The notes beneath the pieces were generated by a model, which was given only the letters and a program-made list of their open reading frames with translations, ran no database searches and was not told the DNA's origin. The position numbers and the translations under genes were made by a program. A DNA stretch of 32,000 nt from Synechococcus sp. A15-24 (GTDB lineage: Bacteria; Cyanobacteriota; Cyanobacteriia; PCC-6307; Cyanobiaceae): assembly GCF_014280195.1 (NCBI RefSeq), contig NZ_CP047960.1, positions 660,001 through 692,000 of the forward strand. The letters are read 5' to 3'. The stretch's first letter is position 1. Every line of letters starts with the position of its first letter. Positions 18,692 to 28,084 of this stretch are shown one piece after another.

Positions 18692-19999
18692 TCAGAGACA
18701 GCCCAGGTGAGCCGCCAGTCCCGAGACTTCATCCAGAGCAGTGATGGCATCAAGGGCTGCGATCACCTGCCGTTGACTGACTTCATGGGTGATCACAACG
18801 ATTTCTGCGCCGGCCTCACTGGCATTGAATTGAACAATCGACTGGATGGAAACGCCTGCGTCGCCGAAACGGCTACCCACCTTGCCGATCACGCCGGGAG
18901 CATCTTCTGTGTTCAACCGCACATAGTGGCGCTGCCGGATGTCTCCGCTGTCCGCCAAAACGCACGGTCGCCAGCTGCCTGCGGCCAACAGCGGGTCCAC
19001 TGGCCCCTGATCGCCACTGGCCTGGCGGATGCCGGCGATGTTGAGGATGTCAGCCACAACAGCCGATGCCGTCGGTCCGGCCCCTGCTCCGGGGCCGTAG
19101 AACATCACCCGCCCAATGGGTTCCCCTTCCACAAGGATGGCGTTGTTGACGCCATTGACGCCAGCCAGTGGGTGATCGCTGGGCACCAGGGTCGGTTGCA
19201 CCCGCATGGACAAAGGTAAGGGATCCCCCTGGCCTGCAAGGCGTTCAGCAACGGCCAGCAATTTCACGCCGTAGCCCAGTTGTCGCGCGTACTCCACATC
19301 ACGGCCCTGCAGTGCACTGATGCCAGTCGTGGGGAGAGCATCGCGGTCCACAGTTCCTCCAAAGGCGAGGGCAGACAAGATGGCGATCTTGTCTGCGGCA
19401 TCGAGACCATCCACATCAGCGGCAGGGTCGGCTTCCGCGTAGCCGAGTCGCTGGGCTTCAGCCAGCACATCAGCGTAGGCAGCCCCCTCATTCGCCATCC
19501 GCGTGAGGATGTAGTTGGTGGTGCCGTTGATGATGCCGCTCACTCGATTGATCCTGTTGCCGCCGAGGGATTGCTTCAGCGGCTCGATGATCGGGATGCC
19601 ACCGCCGACTGCCGCTTCAATCAGGACGTAGACCCCTGCTGCTCTGGCAGCACTGGCAATTTCGGGGCCATGGCGCGCGATCACCGCTTTGTTGGCGGTC
19701 ACTACTGATTTGCCATTGGCGATGGCCTGAAGGATCAAGCTCCGGGCCGGTTCAATGCCACCGATCACCTCCACCACCACATCCACATTCGGGTCATTGA
19801 CCACCTCGCTGGGATCGGTAGTCAGCACGGCATCGGTCAACTCAACCGTGCGAGGGCGGTTGACGTCCCGGACGGCCACCCGAATCAGGTCCAGATCGGC
19901 AACCAACGGGTGACGCTCCTTTGGATTCGACAGAATCTCAGCCACCCCACCGCCAACGGTGCCCAGCCCCAAAAGACCTACGCCGATCCGTGCGCCCAT
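18692..19999 (-). CDS. hom: homoserine dehydrogenase
   Basis: 435 aa. NAD-binding GLLGLGTVGGGV, a catalytic domain, and a C-terminal ACT domain. Confidence 0.95.
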   Translation of the reverse strand: MGARIGVGLLGLGTVGGGVAEILSNPKERHPLVADLDLIRVAVRDVNRPRTVELTDAVLTTDPSEVVNDPNVDVVVEVIGGIEPARSLILQAIANGKSVVTANKAVIARHGPEIASAARAAGVYVLIEAAVGGGIPIIEPLKQSLGGNRINRVSGIINGTTNYILTRMANEGAAYADVLAEAQRLGYAEADPAADVDGLDAADKIAILSALAFGGTVDRDALPTTGISALQGRDVEYARQLGYGVKLLAVAERLAGQGDPLPLSMRVQPTLVPSDHPLAGVNGVNNAILVEGEPIGRVMFYGPGAGAGPTASAVVADILNIAGIRQASGDQGPVDPLLAAGSWRPCVLADSGDIRQRHYVRLNTEDAPGVIGKVGSRFGDAGVSIQSIVQFNASEAGAEIVVITHEVSQRQVIAALDAITALDEVSGLAAHLGCL

Positions 20000-20052
20000 T
20001 CCCCGTGAACCGTGTTGGAAGACTGCATCGACTCTATGAATTGGCGTGCGTC

Positions 20053-20478
20053 TTATTCGTTCGCCAGGTGCTGTGCCTGGGACTGCATGGTGCGCAGGAT
20101 GTTGAGAAATCCGTTGGCCCTGGAGGGGGTGAGGCTGGCCTGAAGGCCGGTGGCAGAGATGAACGCCGGATCCACAGCCTGCACCTGCTCAGGGGTGAGG
20201 CCATCCAGGCCTTGGATCAACAACGCCAACAGCCCCTTGGTGATGAGGGCATCGGAATCCCCCTGCCAATGCATCACCCCCTGATCGAGAACCCCCTGAA
20301 CAAACACCTGGGACACACAACCCTTCACCTTGATCGCCTCGGTCTGCTGCTCAATGGGAAGAGGTTTCAGCTTCTTGGCCAACCAGAGGACGTATTCATA
20401 CCGTCGCTTGGGATCCGGCGTGCCAGCCAGCTTGTCCACCATCCGGTCGAGGGCGTCACTGCCACTGCTGGGGGCCAT
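20053..20478 (-). CDS. sufE: SufE-like cysteine desulfuration protein
   Basis: 141 aa. RYEYVLWLAKKL and the active-site context VKGCVSQVFV are typical of SufE/CsdE. Confidence 0.9.
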   Translation of the reverse strand: MAPSSGSDALDRMVDKLAGTPDPKRRYEYVLWLAKKLKPLPIEQQTEAIKVKGCVSQVFVQGVLDQGVMHWQGDSDALITKGLLALLIQGLDGLTPEQVQAVDPAFISATGLQASLTPSRANGFLNILRTMQSQAQHLANE

Positions 20479-20486
20479 TGAGGTGT

Positions 20487-20894
20487 TCAGTCGGATCGAC
20501 GTCGCACGTTAACGAGCAGGCCCACCAACATCAGCGAGAGCGGGAGTGACACCATTTGATCGAGATCCACCTGACCGCTGTTCACCGGCAGCTCCAGGTA
20601 ATCCCTGTGGCCAGGACCTCCATCCACCTGCAGGTCCAACACCCCATCAGCCACATCGCTGAGGTCAATCAGCAAGCGGCCACTGGCATCGGTGCTTCCC
20701 AGTTCCCGCTGTGGCGTTCCATCAGGATTCAGCAGTCGAACGACGGCACCTTGGGTGGGCTCACCGTTGGAAAAGCTGCTGCTCAGTTCAAGGTTGCCTT
20801 CGAGGTAGGTCAGAGCGCTCTCGATCTGATGGGCGCCAGCCGGCAGTGCCGACGTGGTGCCCAGCAGCAGTACGGAAGCCAGCAGACGCAGCAT
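20487..20894 (-). CDS. small secreted protein with C-terminal membrane anchor, unknown function
   Basis: Signal peptide MLRLLASVLLLGTTSALPAGA / HQIES. Central beta-rich region (GAVVRLLNPDGTP, carboxypeptidase-regulatory/transthyretin-like flavour). C-terminal LPLSLMLVGLLVNVRRRSD is a TM followed by a basic tail. Sits 8 nt upstream of sufE. Confidence 0.6.
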   Translation of the reverse strand: MLRLLASVLLLGTTSALPAGAHQIESALTYLEGNLELSSSFSNGEPTQGAVVRLLNPDGTPQRELGSTDASGRLLIDLSDVADGVLDLQVDGGPGHRDYLELPVNSGQVDLDQMVSLPLSLMLVGLLVNVRRRSD

Positions 20895-20930
20895 GGATGG
20901 TGTCGATGGGTGGGCCCATGGTGCGCTGCA

Positions 20931-21479
20931 TCAACTGGGCTGGCCAGGTCCGTGTTCTGTGATCCAGCCAGTGAAGGGCACATCCCAGGCGTTGCGGGGC
21001 AAGAGTTCGGAACTGATGCAGGCGGAGGGAAGCACCACCCAGGCCGGCACGGCTGCCCAGAGCGGATCGGCCCGCAAGCGGTCGTAGTAACCGCCGCCAT
21101 ACCCAAGCCGGATGCCGTTGTGGTCGATGGCCAGCGCAGGGACGAGCAAAAGGCTGAGCTGGTCCGGGCTCAGGGCCGGTGCGTCCGTTGGAGCGGGGAT
21201 GCCGCAGCCGTCGGCTTGCAGGGGCGTGTCTCCCCATCGTCGGTACTGGAGTCCACCGGAGCCGTCCGCGACGGGCAGAGCAACAGGGTTTGGGGTGATG
21301 GCGCGGATGGGCCGTAGATCCACCTCACTGCTCAGCGGCCAATAAATGCCTAGAAGGCCCGGCCGCATTGGCGGCGACTCGACCAGCGTCAACACCTGCC
21401 GGTAGATCGCTGACCCGAGTGAGATCTGCTGCTGGCGTCGTTGTCGAAAGTGACGACGACAATCCTTTTTGGTGGTCAT
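20931..21479 (-). CDS. 5-formyltetrahydrofolate cyclo-ligase
   Basis: From the ATG at 21479 ([15 protein letters not shown]...). [24 protein letters not shown] is the MTHFS signature. The ATG overlaps the ruvC stop as ATGA. Confidence 0.85.
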   Translation of the reverse strand: MTTKKDCRRHFRQRRQQQISLGSAIYRQVLTLVESPPMRPGLLGIYWPLSSEVDLRPIRAITPNPVALPVADGSGGLQYRRWGDTPLQADGCGIPAPTDAPALSPDQLSLLLVPALAIDHNGIRLGYGGGYYDRLRADPLWAAVPAWVVLPSACISSELLPRNAWDVPFTGWITEHGPGQPS

Positions 21480-21940
21480 CGCTGAAACCAACCGGTGAGC
21501 GCCACCGCCAGGGCGTCAGCGGCGTCATCGGGCCGGGGTGGATCGCTGAGGTTCAGTTCGCGCATCACGGCTTCGAGCACCTCGTCTTTCTCGGCATGGC
21601 CGAAACCGGCCAGCGCCAGCTTGATCTGCATCGGTGGGAACTCCACCACCGGCACCTTGAATCGGGCCAGGGTCATCATCACCACCCCCCTGGCCTGCAC
21701 CACGTTGATGGTGTTACTGGACCGGTAGAAGAAAAATTTCTCCACGGCCGCGAGCTCCGGTCGCCAGGCACGGATCAGTTGCCGCAGGTCACCGGCAATC
21801 TCCACCATGCGTTCACCGTCGCTGCGGCCGGGGTCGGTGCGGATGATCCCGCAATCCAGCATGCGTTGATGGCCGCCGCTGGTGTCAATCACCCCGTAGC
21901 CCACCCGAGCCAGGCCCGGATCGATCCCGAGGATCCGCAT
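21476..21940 (-). CDS. ruvC: crossover junction endodeoxyribonuclease RuvC
   Basis: 154 aa. The N-terminus [19 protein letters not shown] is canonical RuvC. Confidence 0.95.
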   Translation of the reverse strand: MRILGIDPGLARVGYGVIDTSGGHQRMLDCGIIRTDPGRSDGERMVEIAGDLRQLIRAWRPELAAVEKFFFYRSSNTINVVQARGVVMMTLARFKVPVVEFPPMQIKLALAGFGHAEKDEVLEAVMRELNLSDPPRPDDAADALAVALTGWFQR

Positions 21941-21954
21941 CGATTCGGCTCTGA

Positions 21955-23043
21955 TCAGGCCGCCAGGGCCAGTTCAAAGTCGGCGCGATCGCTGCTTTCG
22001 CTGCGCTCGAACACCTTGCAGAACACCTTCACCACCCGATCGCCGGAATCCACTTGCTCCAAAGGATCCTTGCGCAGGCGGTGGCGCAGGCAGCAGGAGG
22101 CCACCCGGGCGACATCCTCTTCGCTGACCTCCGTGCGGCCCTCAAAAGCGGCCAAGGCTCGGGCGGCACGGTTGGTGACGATGTCACCCCGCAGTCCATC
22201 CACATCCAGCTCGCCGCAGACGGCGGAGATCCGCAGCCGGAGGTCGTCGTCGATGGTCACGGCACTCAACCGTTGCTGGGCCTCCACGACCCGCTGCTGC
22301 AGGGCGTCCTGGTTGGCTTCCACCGCCGTGCTGAACCCATCGGGGTCGGTGTCGAAGGCTGTGCGTTGATCCACCACCTGAACCCGCAGTTCGGGATCAC
22401 GCACCGTGCGCACCTCCACACTCATGCCGAAACGATCGAGCAGCTGCGGCCGCAGTTCGCCCTCCTCAGGGTTGCCGGAGCCGATCAGCACGAAGCGGGC
22501 TGGGTGGCGTACGGACACGCCCTCACGTTCCACTGTGTTCCAACCCGAAGCAGCGGAATCGAGCAGAACATCTACCAGATGGTCATCCAGCAGGTTCACC
22601 TCGTCCACATAAAGCAGGCCGCGGTTGGCCTTGGCCAGCAGGCCGGGTTCAAAGGCACGCACGCCCTCGCTCAGGGCCTTCTCGATGTCAATCGTTCCGC
22701 AGAGACGGTCCTCGGTGGCTCCCAGCGGCAGATCCACCATGGGCACCTGGCGTGGTTCTGTTGAAATGGAGTCGCCCCGTTCCATCCGTTCCCGTACCTC
22801 GTTGCTCTGCAGATCGGGATCTGTGGATGAACTGTTGTAGGGGTCACCAGCCACCACCTCGATGTCGGGCAGGAGGTCCGCCAGCGCTCGGATCGTGGTG
22901 GATTTGCCTGTGCCCCTGTCGCCCATGATCATCACGCCGCCGATGCGGGGATCGATCACATTGAGCAGAAGCGCAAGCTTCATCTCCTCCTGACCGATCA
23001 CAGCGGTAAACGGAAAAACCCTGCGCTTCCGGGGTGCTGTCAC
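21955..23043 (-). CDS. chlI: magnesium chelatase ATPase subunit I
   Basis: 362 aa. [44 protein letters not shown] and [14 protein letters not shown] (Walker A and B). GTG start. Confidence 0.97.
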   Translation of the reverse strand: MTAPRKRRVFPFTAVIGQEEMKLALLLNVIDPRIGGVMIMGDRGTGKSTTIRALADLLPDIEVVAGDPYNSSSTDPDLQSNEVRERMERGDSISTEPRQVPMVDLPLGATEDRLCGTIDIEKALSEGVRAFEPGLLAKANRGLLYVDEVNLLDDHLVDVLLDSAASGWNTVEREGVSVRHPARFVLIGSGNPEEGELRPQLLDRFGMSVEVRTVRDPELRVQVVDQRTAFDTDPDGFSTAVEANQDALQQRVVEAQQRLSAVTIDDDLRLRISAVCGELDVDGLRGDIVTNRAARALAAFEGRTEVSEEDVARVASCCLRHRLRKDPLEQVDSGDRVVKVFCKVFERSESSDRADFELALAA

Positions 23044-23062
23044 GGCCGAATCACTGTTGTGA

Positions 23063-24421
23063 TCAGGATTGTTTCACAGGCCGAACGGTCAGCACCTGAG
23101 GCGGCGTGGCATCGGCCGGGTAGATCAGTCGGATCTGCACCTCCCGAGCTTCGCCAGGCTTGAGCGTCACCTGACCGAAGGATGGTCCCTCCTGTCCCTG
23201 GCGGAGCACCAGATGCACGGTCTGCCGTCCGTAGGGGCTGCCATCGGTGTCGTCAAGGCCAGCCACTTCAACCGGCCCACGGAACATCACGGGACCCGAA
23301 AGGCTGCTGCGGAACTGCAGGGCATCGGAGGCCTGATCGGTTTTCAAGGGGGATTCGAGGGCAAGGCTCAGGGTCTGCGCTGCCGATCCCCTGTTTTGGA
23401 GTGGCAGGGTCAGGTCGTATTCGACCCCGTAGTTCCCGTGGGCGGCCCAGGCTGTTTGGGGATAAAGCGCTTGCAGCTCTGCCGTTTGCACCTGACCTGT
23501 GCCCAAACTGCCGCGCTCAAGGCTGCTGATCGGCCAGGACACAGGCGCGTTCTGAATCGAGAGGGTCTCGCTGCCGGGGTCCGTGATGCGGGCCTGCCAA
23601 CGACTGCCGCTTTGCACACCGCTGACGCGGGAATAAATGATCTTTCCCTTGCTGCCGCGAGGGGTGGGGCTGTGTTCCTTGCCGCTGAGCTCACCGCTGT
23701 TGAGCAGGTCGATCCAGTCCTGGTCGTCCGGGGCTTTATGGCCATCACCGTGGGCCGCCAGGGTGGCTAGGGCCACCGGCGCCGAGCTGTGCAGACGCAG
23801 TTGAAGGTTGCGGCCATTGAGCAGGGGGTCGAGCCCCTGCACTGGAATGGGCAGCTTCAGCACAACCGTTGGGGTGCCGGGCTTGAGGGTCCAGCGTCGT
23901 TGCGACAGTTCAGGGGCTTGTCGGCCCTTCAGCAAGTCTCCAGCAACCCGGCTGCCAGGACCAGCGGCGAGCACATCGCTGGTTTCCCGCATCAGCGGTG
24001 GCAGCGGCAGAAACGGGGCTGCAGTCTGCCCAGGCTGGGTGGCCTGGGAGAGAGAGGTGCTTCCTTCAATCACTGTGAGCGTGACGTCTTCATCGCCGAT
24101 GGGCGCCATCAACAAGGCCAGCCACAGGGTGGAGTCGAGTGTGTCATCCGTACCTGCATAGACGTGATGGCTGAACAGATCGAAGCGGCCGTTCAGGTCC
24201 ACGGAGATTGACGCATCCCCACCGTTGCCAAAGGTGGAAAGAAGGATGCCGTCTTCTTTGATCAGTTCCGGGTTGTTGTCGTTCACCATCAGCACGGCAT
24301 CCAGTTGCCCCGGCAGCGCCCGGATGCTCTGTTGCCGGCGGATGACGTCGTCGGCGGCACAAGGAGCCACGCCCGCTGAAAGGCTGGCGATCAAGGCACC
24401 AACAAGAAAGAGCGATCTCAT
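23063..24421 (-). CDS. conserved-looking secreted protein of unknown function (possibly the cyanobacterial DUF3370 family)
   Basis: 452 aa with signal peptide MRSLFLVGALIASLSAGVAPCAA and no catalytic motif I recognise. The DUF3370 assignment is from memory only. The ATG overlaps the stop of the upstream PBP-A-like gene (ATGA). Confidence 0.7.
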   Translation of the reverse strand: MRSLFLVGALIASLSAGVAPCAADDVIRRQQSIRALPGQLDAVLMVNDNNPELIKEDGILLSTFGNGGDASISVDLNGRFDLFSHHVYAGTDDTLDSTLWLALLMAPIGDEDVTLTVIEGSTSLSQATQPGQTAAPFLPLPPLMRETSDVLAAGPGSRVAGDLLKGRQAPELSQRRWTLKPGTPTVVLKLPIPVQGLDPLLNGRNLQLRLHSSAPVALATLAAHGDGHKAPDDQDWIDLLNSGELSGKEHSPTPRGSKGKIIYSRVSGVQSGSRWQARITDPGSETLSIQNAPVSWPISSLERGSLGTGQVQTAELQALYPQTAWAAHGNYGVEYDLTLPLQNRGSAAQTLSLALESPLKTDQASDALQFRSSLSGPVMFRGPVEVAGLDDTDGSPYGRQTVHLVLRQGQEGPSFGQVTLKPGEAREVQIRLIYPADATPPQVLTVRPVKQS

Positions 24422-25560
24422 GGTGTGGACTCCTGCGATGGGGAGGCGGTCCGGCGCGGTGGAGCCGGTTCCGGCTTGAGGTGTGGGGCCATGGCTGCTG
24501 CCATGGCACGGATCAGATTGGTGGACCTTGGGTCGTTGAACGGACCCTTCACCAGAAAACCTGCAACAGCGCGCCGGCCATCGGGCAGTTCGATCAAGCC
24601 GGCATCGGCGTAAGCGATGCCGATGTCGCCGGTCTTGTTGTAAACCCGGTACCCCTTGCTGGCCAGGGTGGAATCGGGTGCGCCCTGGGCACCGCCGAGC
24701 CCTTTCATCAATCCACTGGGCAGGAGCGTGTTGGTCACGGAGCTGCCCATGACCTCTCGGAACAAATCCCGGCTGCGCAGGCTCAGGGCTTCACCGGTGT
24801 CAACCAGCGCAATGCTGCGGCTGAGGTCATGAGCGCTTGTCGTGTTGGTGCCGTCCAGATCGGGCAGCCAGTTGTTGACGGCGGTGGCGGTCAGGCCGAG
24901 GTCCTGGAATCGCCGGTTGATGGTCTGCTGACCTCCCACCCGCTCGATCAGGAGGTTGGTGGCGGAATTGTCGCTGACGCGAATCATTTCGGTCGCTGCG
25001 ACGCGCGTGGGGAAACGGCTTCCGAGCGGTCGGGATGCCATCCAACCGGCGCCGCCCCCCACCAGGTCCTTGGTCAGCACAAGCGGCTCGTTCCAATGCA
25101 GATCACCGGCGTCGACCTGTTGCAGCGCCGCAAGCAGGACCGGCGTTTTGATGGAGCTGGCCGCCGGCATGGGGCGATCGGCATGCATCTGGGCGAAGCG
25201 GCCGTCGTCGAGGATCAGCATGTAGGCGCTGGCCTGAAGATCCATCTGCGTGGCCGCGATGGAGCGCCAGCGGGCGGAGAGTTCAGGGATTTCTCGGGTC
25301 GGCTGGAAACGACCCACCACCGGCTTTGGGTTCGTCTCAGATTTGTTGTTGTTCTGGGCAGGCGTCTCCGCTTCAACGGTCTCGGGCAGCTGGAGCCAGC
25401 TCGGGAGGTTGAGGGTCTGACGTTGCACCTGCGGGGCGAACCAGCGCAGCGCTGACCCCGTCAGCACTCCCAACCCAATCCCCAGCACCATCAGCCGCAG
25501 GAGAAGGCGCAGCGGAGTTCCCCATCCCGGAGAACGACGAGGTGGACGGCTGTTGCTCAA
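24418..25560 (-). CDS. class-A beta-lactamase-fold serine hydrolase, PBP-A-like (putative DD-peptidase)
   Basis: SxxK (ASSIKTPVLLAALQQVDAG), SDN (VSDNSATNLL) and KTG (NKTGDIG) motifs, with good by-eye alignment to TEM-type enzymes. The start is placed at the TTG at 25560, which gives an Arg-rich n-region plus a TM anchor. The ATG at 25491 is an alternative. The upstream 125 codons of the listed ORF overlap the methyltransferase gene and are rejected. Confidence 0.8.
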   Translation of the reverse strand: MSNSRPPRRSPGWGTPLRLLLRLMVLGIGLGVLTGSALRWFAPQVQRQTLNLPSWLQLPETVEAETPAQNNNKSETNPKPVVGRFQPTREIPELSARWRSIAATQMDLQASAYMLILDDGRFAQMHADRPMPAASSIKTPVLLAALQQVDAGDLHWNEPLVLTKDLVGGGAGWMASRPLGSRFPTRVAATEMIRVSDNSATNLLIERVGGQQTINRRFQDLGLTATAVNNWLPDLDGTNTTSAHDLSRSIALVDTGEALSLRSRDLFREVMGSSVTNTLLPSGLMKGLGGAQGAPDSTLASKGYRVYNKTGDIGIAYADAGLIELPDGRRAVAGFLVKGPFNDPRSTNLIRAMAAAMAPHLKPEPAPPRRTASPSQESTP

Positions 25561-25589
25561 GCGCGTCGTGGTCGGGATATCTGGTGAGG

Positions 25590-26306
25590 TTAGGGGCGGT
25601 CGGCTCGGATGGCCCAGCGCAGTTGTCGCACCATGCCTCGGAACAACGCGACCTCCTCCGCTCTGCAGGTCGCGCGCTGCAAGAGATCCCGAACCTTGCC
25701 CATGCGCGCTGTCCGGGTGTGGGGCAGGAGAAATCCGGCCTCCAGAAGCAGCTCGGCGGCATCGTCCAGCAACCCTGTCAAATGCGCGGCAGGGGCTGGT
25801 GACGGATCTTTGGTCTGGGGAGCACGGACCTGCAGCTGATGTCGAGCCAGGTCGTGCAGTACTACGGCGACCGCGTGAGACAGATTCAGCGAGGGGTAAG
25901 CCGCCTGGCTGTGCAGCGTCAGAACCCGCTGGCACAGTCGGAGTTCATCGTTGGTGAGGCCGCGGTCTTCTCGGCCAAACACCAGGGCATAAGGGGGATT
26001 TCCGGCCAAGAGCCAGTTGATCGCTGTGTCTGGGGTTTGCAGCGGTATGCCCCCGTGATCCAGTCGGCCACAGGTCGCAATCACCCGACTGCAGTCGCCG
26101 ATGGCAGTTTCCAGATCAGGGTGGATGGTGGCCTGCCGCAGCAGGGGGGCGGCATGGATGGCCATCCGGAGTGAATCGTCACAGAGGACCTCACAACGGG
26201 GATTCACTATGCGCAGAGCGTCAACGCCGAAATTGGCGCAGAGCCTGGCCACACTGCCGATGTTCAGAGGCCCGGCAGGCTCGACGAGGACAACGACGAC
26301 GGTCAA
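25590..26306 (-). CDS. SpoU/TrmH-family RNA 2'-O-methyltransferase (TrmJ-like)
   Basis: 238 aa. VVLVEPAGPLNIGSVARLCANFG and LVFGREDRGLTNDEL..C, SLNLSHAVAVVL are SPOUT class motifs. The TTG start overlaps the upstream stop (TTGA). Confidence 0.85.
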   Translation of the reverse strand: MTVVVVLVEPAGPLNIGSVARLCANFGVDALRIVNPRCEVLCDDSLRMAIHAAPLLRQATIHPDLETAIGDCSRVIATCGRLDHGGIPLQTPDTAINWLLAGNPPYALVFGREDRGLTNDELRLCQRVLTLHSQAAYPSLNLSHAVAVVLHDLARHQLQVRAPQTKDPSPAPAAHLTGLLDDAAELLLEAGFLLPHTRTARMGKVRDLLQRATCRAEEVALFRGMVRQLRWAIRADRP

Positions 26307-26692
26307 CTCAGCTTGTGCAGGTGACTGAGCAGATCAGCCATCGAAGCCGGCTCCATTTGGAAACTCGGCATCGGCGGCGTTTCACCGCTCACGATTTGAT
26401 GAATCAGGGCTGGATCACGCATCCGCTCGCTAATGCCGGCAAGTTTGGGTGCCAGCAGTCCCTGCCCTGCCAGACCATGGCAGCCCGCACAGTTGATGCG
26501 GAACAGTTGGCCGCCATGGTCGGGATCTCCTTGAAGATCAAGGCTTGCCCGGACGTAGGGATCCTGTTGCGCTCCGTTGATCACCCAGATCAAGAGGACT
26601 GCGCAGGCTGACGCCGCCAGCACCACTAGGGCAGTGATCAATCCCCTGCCGGACTCCTGCTGTTCCGCTGCAGTTGATGTCGGCTCGATCAC
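26303..26692 (-). CDS. cytM: membrane-anchored c-type cytochrome, CytM-like
   Basis: 129 aa. N-terminal TM ([21 protein letters not shown]), a single CAGCH haem-binding motif, and a distal PPMP Met ligand context. GTG start. Confidence 0.75.
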   Translation of the reverse strand: MIEPTSTAAEQQESGRGLITALVVLAASACAVLLIWVINGAQQDPYVRASLDLQGDPDHGGQLFRINCAGCHGLAGQGLLAPKLAGISERMRDPALIHQIVSGETPPMPSFQMEPASMADLLSHLHKLS

Positions 26693-26749
26693 AACAGTGG
26701 GTTGCTCATGAAAGAATTGTGCTTAATCCTGCTTCCTGGTGCGACCTCC

Positions 26750-26866
26750 ATGATCGAACCCCTGCTGTGCGGCATTGTTCTGGGTCTGATCCCCGTCACG
26801 CTTCTGGGTCTGTTCGTGGCTGCCTGGAACCAGTACCGTCGCGGCGGCAGCGCTCTGGACGGCTGA
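26750..26866 (+). CDS. petG: cytochrome b6-f complex subunit 5 (PetG)
   Basis: Not in the ORF track because it is under 60 aa. Hand translation: [38 protein letters not shown], which closely matches the conserved PetG sequence (..[23 protein letters not shown]). ATG at 26750, TGA at 26864-26866. Confidence 0.92.
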   Translation: MIEPLLCGIVLGLIPVTLLGLFVAAWNQYRRGGSALDG

Positions 26867-27416
26867 TCATCACCAGCGAACTGCTGCCGTAGCAACGACG
26901 ATCCACCACGGTCCAGTCATCCCCCGGATCAAGTGGTTGATCAGAGCGAAGTTCACAGATCAATAAACCATCGGGTTGGAGCCATTCCTGGTTTGATAGC
27001 AGTGTGAGTGCTTTTGAGTACAGACCTGCGTCATAGGGAGGATCGAAATAGATCAAATCAAAACCGTCCTGTCTCCAATCCTGTTGAAGCCAGATCATCA
27101 GGTCCCGTTTCACGACGGTCACCTCCGCACGCCGTGAGCCTGACTGGGCGACATCCTTCAGATTGCGTTCGCAGATGCTGGCGCAGCGCGGGTCTTTTTC
27201 CACGGCGGTCACCGAACGAGCGCCGCGTTCGATCGCCTCGCAGGCCATGACGCCACTGCCACTACAGAGATCCAGCCAGCAGCAGTCCATCAACCGTGGA
27301 CGAACAATGTTCATCACTGCTTCCCGTACGCGGGCCGTTGTCGGTCGCGTTCCGCTTCCCCGGGGGCTGAGCAGTCGTCGGCCACTGATCAGGCGCAATT
27401 GCCCTGCTCCGTGCAT
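26796..27416 (-). CDS. rsmD: 16S rRNA (guanine966-N2)-methyltransferase RsmD
   Basis: From the ATG at 27416: [29 protein letters not shown], the SAM motif [14 protein letters not shown], and the DPPY motif. The ATG shares one nt with the hisH stop (TGATG). The 3' tail runs antisense into petG. Confidence 0.85.
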   Translation of the reverse strand: MHGAGQLRLISGRRLLSPRGSGTRPTTARVREAVMNIVRPRLMDCCWLDLCSGSGVMACEAIERGARSVTAVEKDPRCASICERNLKDVAQSGSRRAEVTVVKRDLMIWLQQDWRQDGFDLIYFDPPYDAGLYSKALTLLSNQEWLQPDGLLICELRSDQPLDPGDDWTVVDRRCYGSSSLVMISRPERCRRDGTGSRQPRTDPEA

Positions 27417-28054
27417 CAACCGATCGGGGCTCCGCGTTGGAGCCAACCCAGCCAGCGCTTCAGCATCGCTTTACCGCTGTCGGATGATTTTTCCGGGTGG
27501 AATTGGCAAGCGCCCAATCGGCGCTTCCACACCATTGCGGTGACGGAGGAACTCCCGAAGGAAGCAGCTGCAGCCTGTGTTTCGGGCCGCTCCGGCACAG
27601 CGGCATAACTGTGAACGAAGTAAACCCAAGCCAAGGGGTCCGCAGCTCCGAGCATTGGGTTGGCCCGCCTCAGGTCTAGAGGTGCCCATCCCATGTGCGG
27701 AATCCGGGCTCCAGCCTCGATGGGCAAACGTTCCACGTGGCCTTTGATCAGTCCGAGACCCTCAAGACGGCCCTCGGCACTGGACTCGAACAGCAACTGG
27801 AGTCCAAGACAAATGCCGAGCAGGGGGCGGTCGGCCTCATTCCAGCGTTTCAGATCGGGAATTAGACCCGTGGACTGAAGATTTTCGATGGCTGGGTCGA
27901 AGGATCCGACGCCAGGCAGAACCAGGGCATCGCAACCATCAAGGTCGCTGGGGCTGACGACGCGACTGGGTTGATGACCAAGGCGGTTGAAGGCCTTCTC
28001 CACCGAGTGGAGATTGCCCATGCCGTAATCAATCAGACCGAGATGAAGCCCCAA
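27416..28054 (-). CDS. hisH: imidazole glycerol phosphate synthase, glutamine amidotransferase subunit HisH
   Basis: 212 aa. LIDYGMGNLHSVEKAF, LPGVGSF, GICLGLQLL (catalytic Cys) and FHPEKS. TTG start preceded by a GAGGGAGGA Shine-Dalgarno-like run. Confidence 0.93.
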   Translation of the reverse strand: MGLHLGLIDYGMGNLHSVEKAFNRLGHQPSRVVSPSDLDGCDALVLPGVGSFDPAIENLQSTGLIPDLKRWNEADRPLLGICLGLQLLFESSAEGRLEGLGLIKGHVERLPIEAGARIPHMGWAPLDLRRANPMLGAADPLAWVYFVHSYAAVPERPETQAAAASFGSSSVTAMVWKRRLGACQFHPEKSSDSGKAMLKRWLGWLQRGAPIG

Positions 28055-28084
28055 TCCACTGTCCTCCCTCTGCTGATGCGGGGA

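Noticed and set aside
21368-22369. 333-aa plus-strand ORF opposite ruvC and chlI
   Set aside because: It is antisense to two confidently identified genes. The Arg/Ser/Ala-rich translation has no motifs. High-GC artefact.
24481-25455. 324-aa plus-strand ORF opposite the PBP-A-like gene
   Set aside because: It is antisense to a gene with SxxK/SDN/KTG motifs. The translation is Gly/Arg/Val-rich with no recognisable fold signature.
25561-25935. 125-codon N-terminal extension of the PBP-A-like ORF
   Set aside because: It overlaps the SpoU/TrmH methyltransferase gene in another frame. The extension is Pro/Arg/Ser-rich junk. An in-frame TTG at 25560 gives a proper signal-anchor N-terminus.
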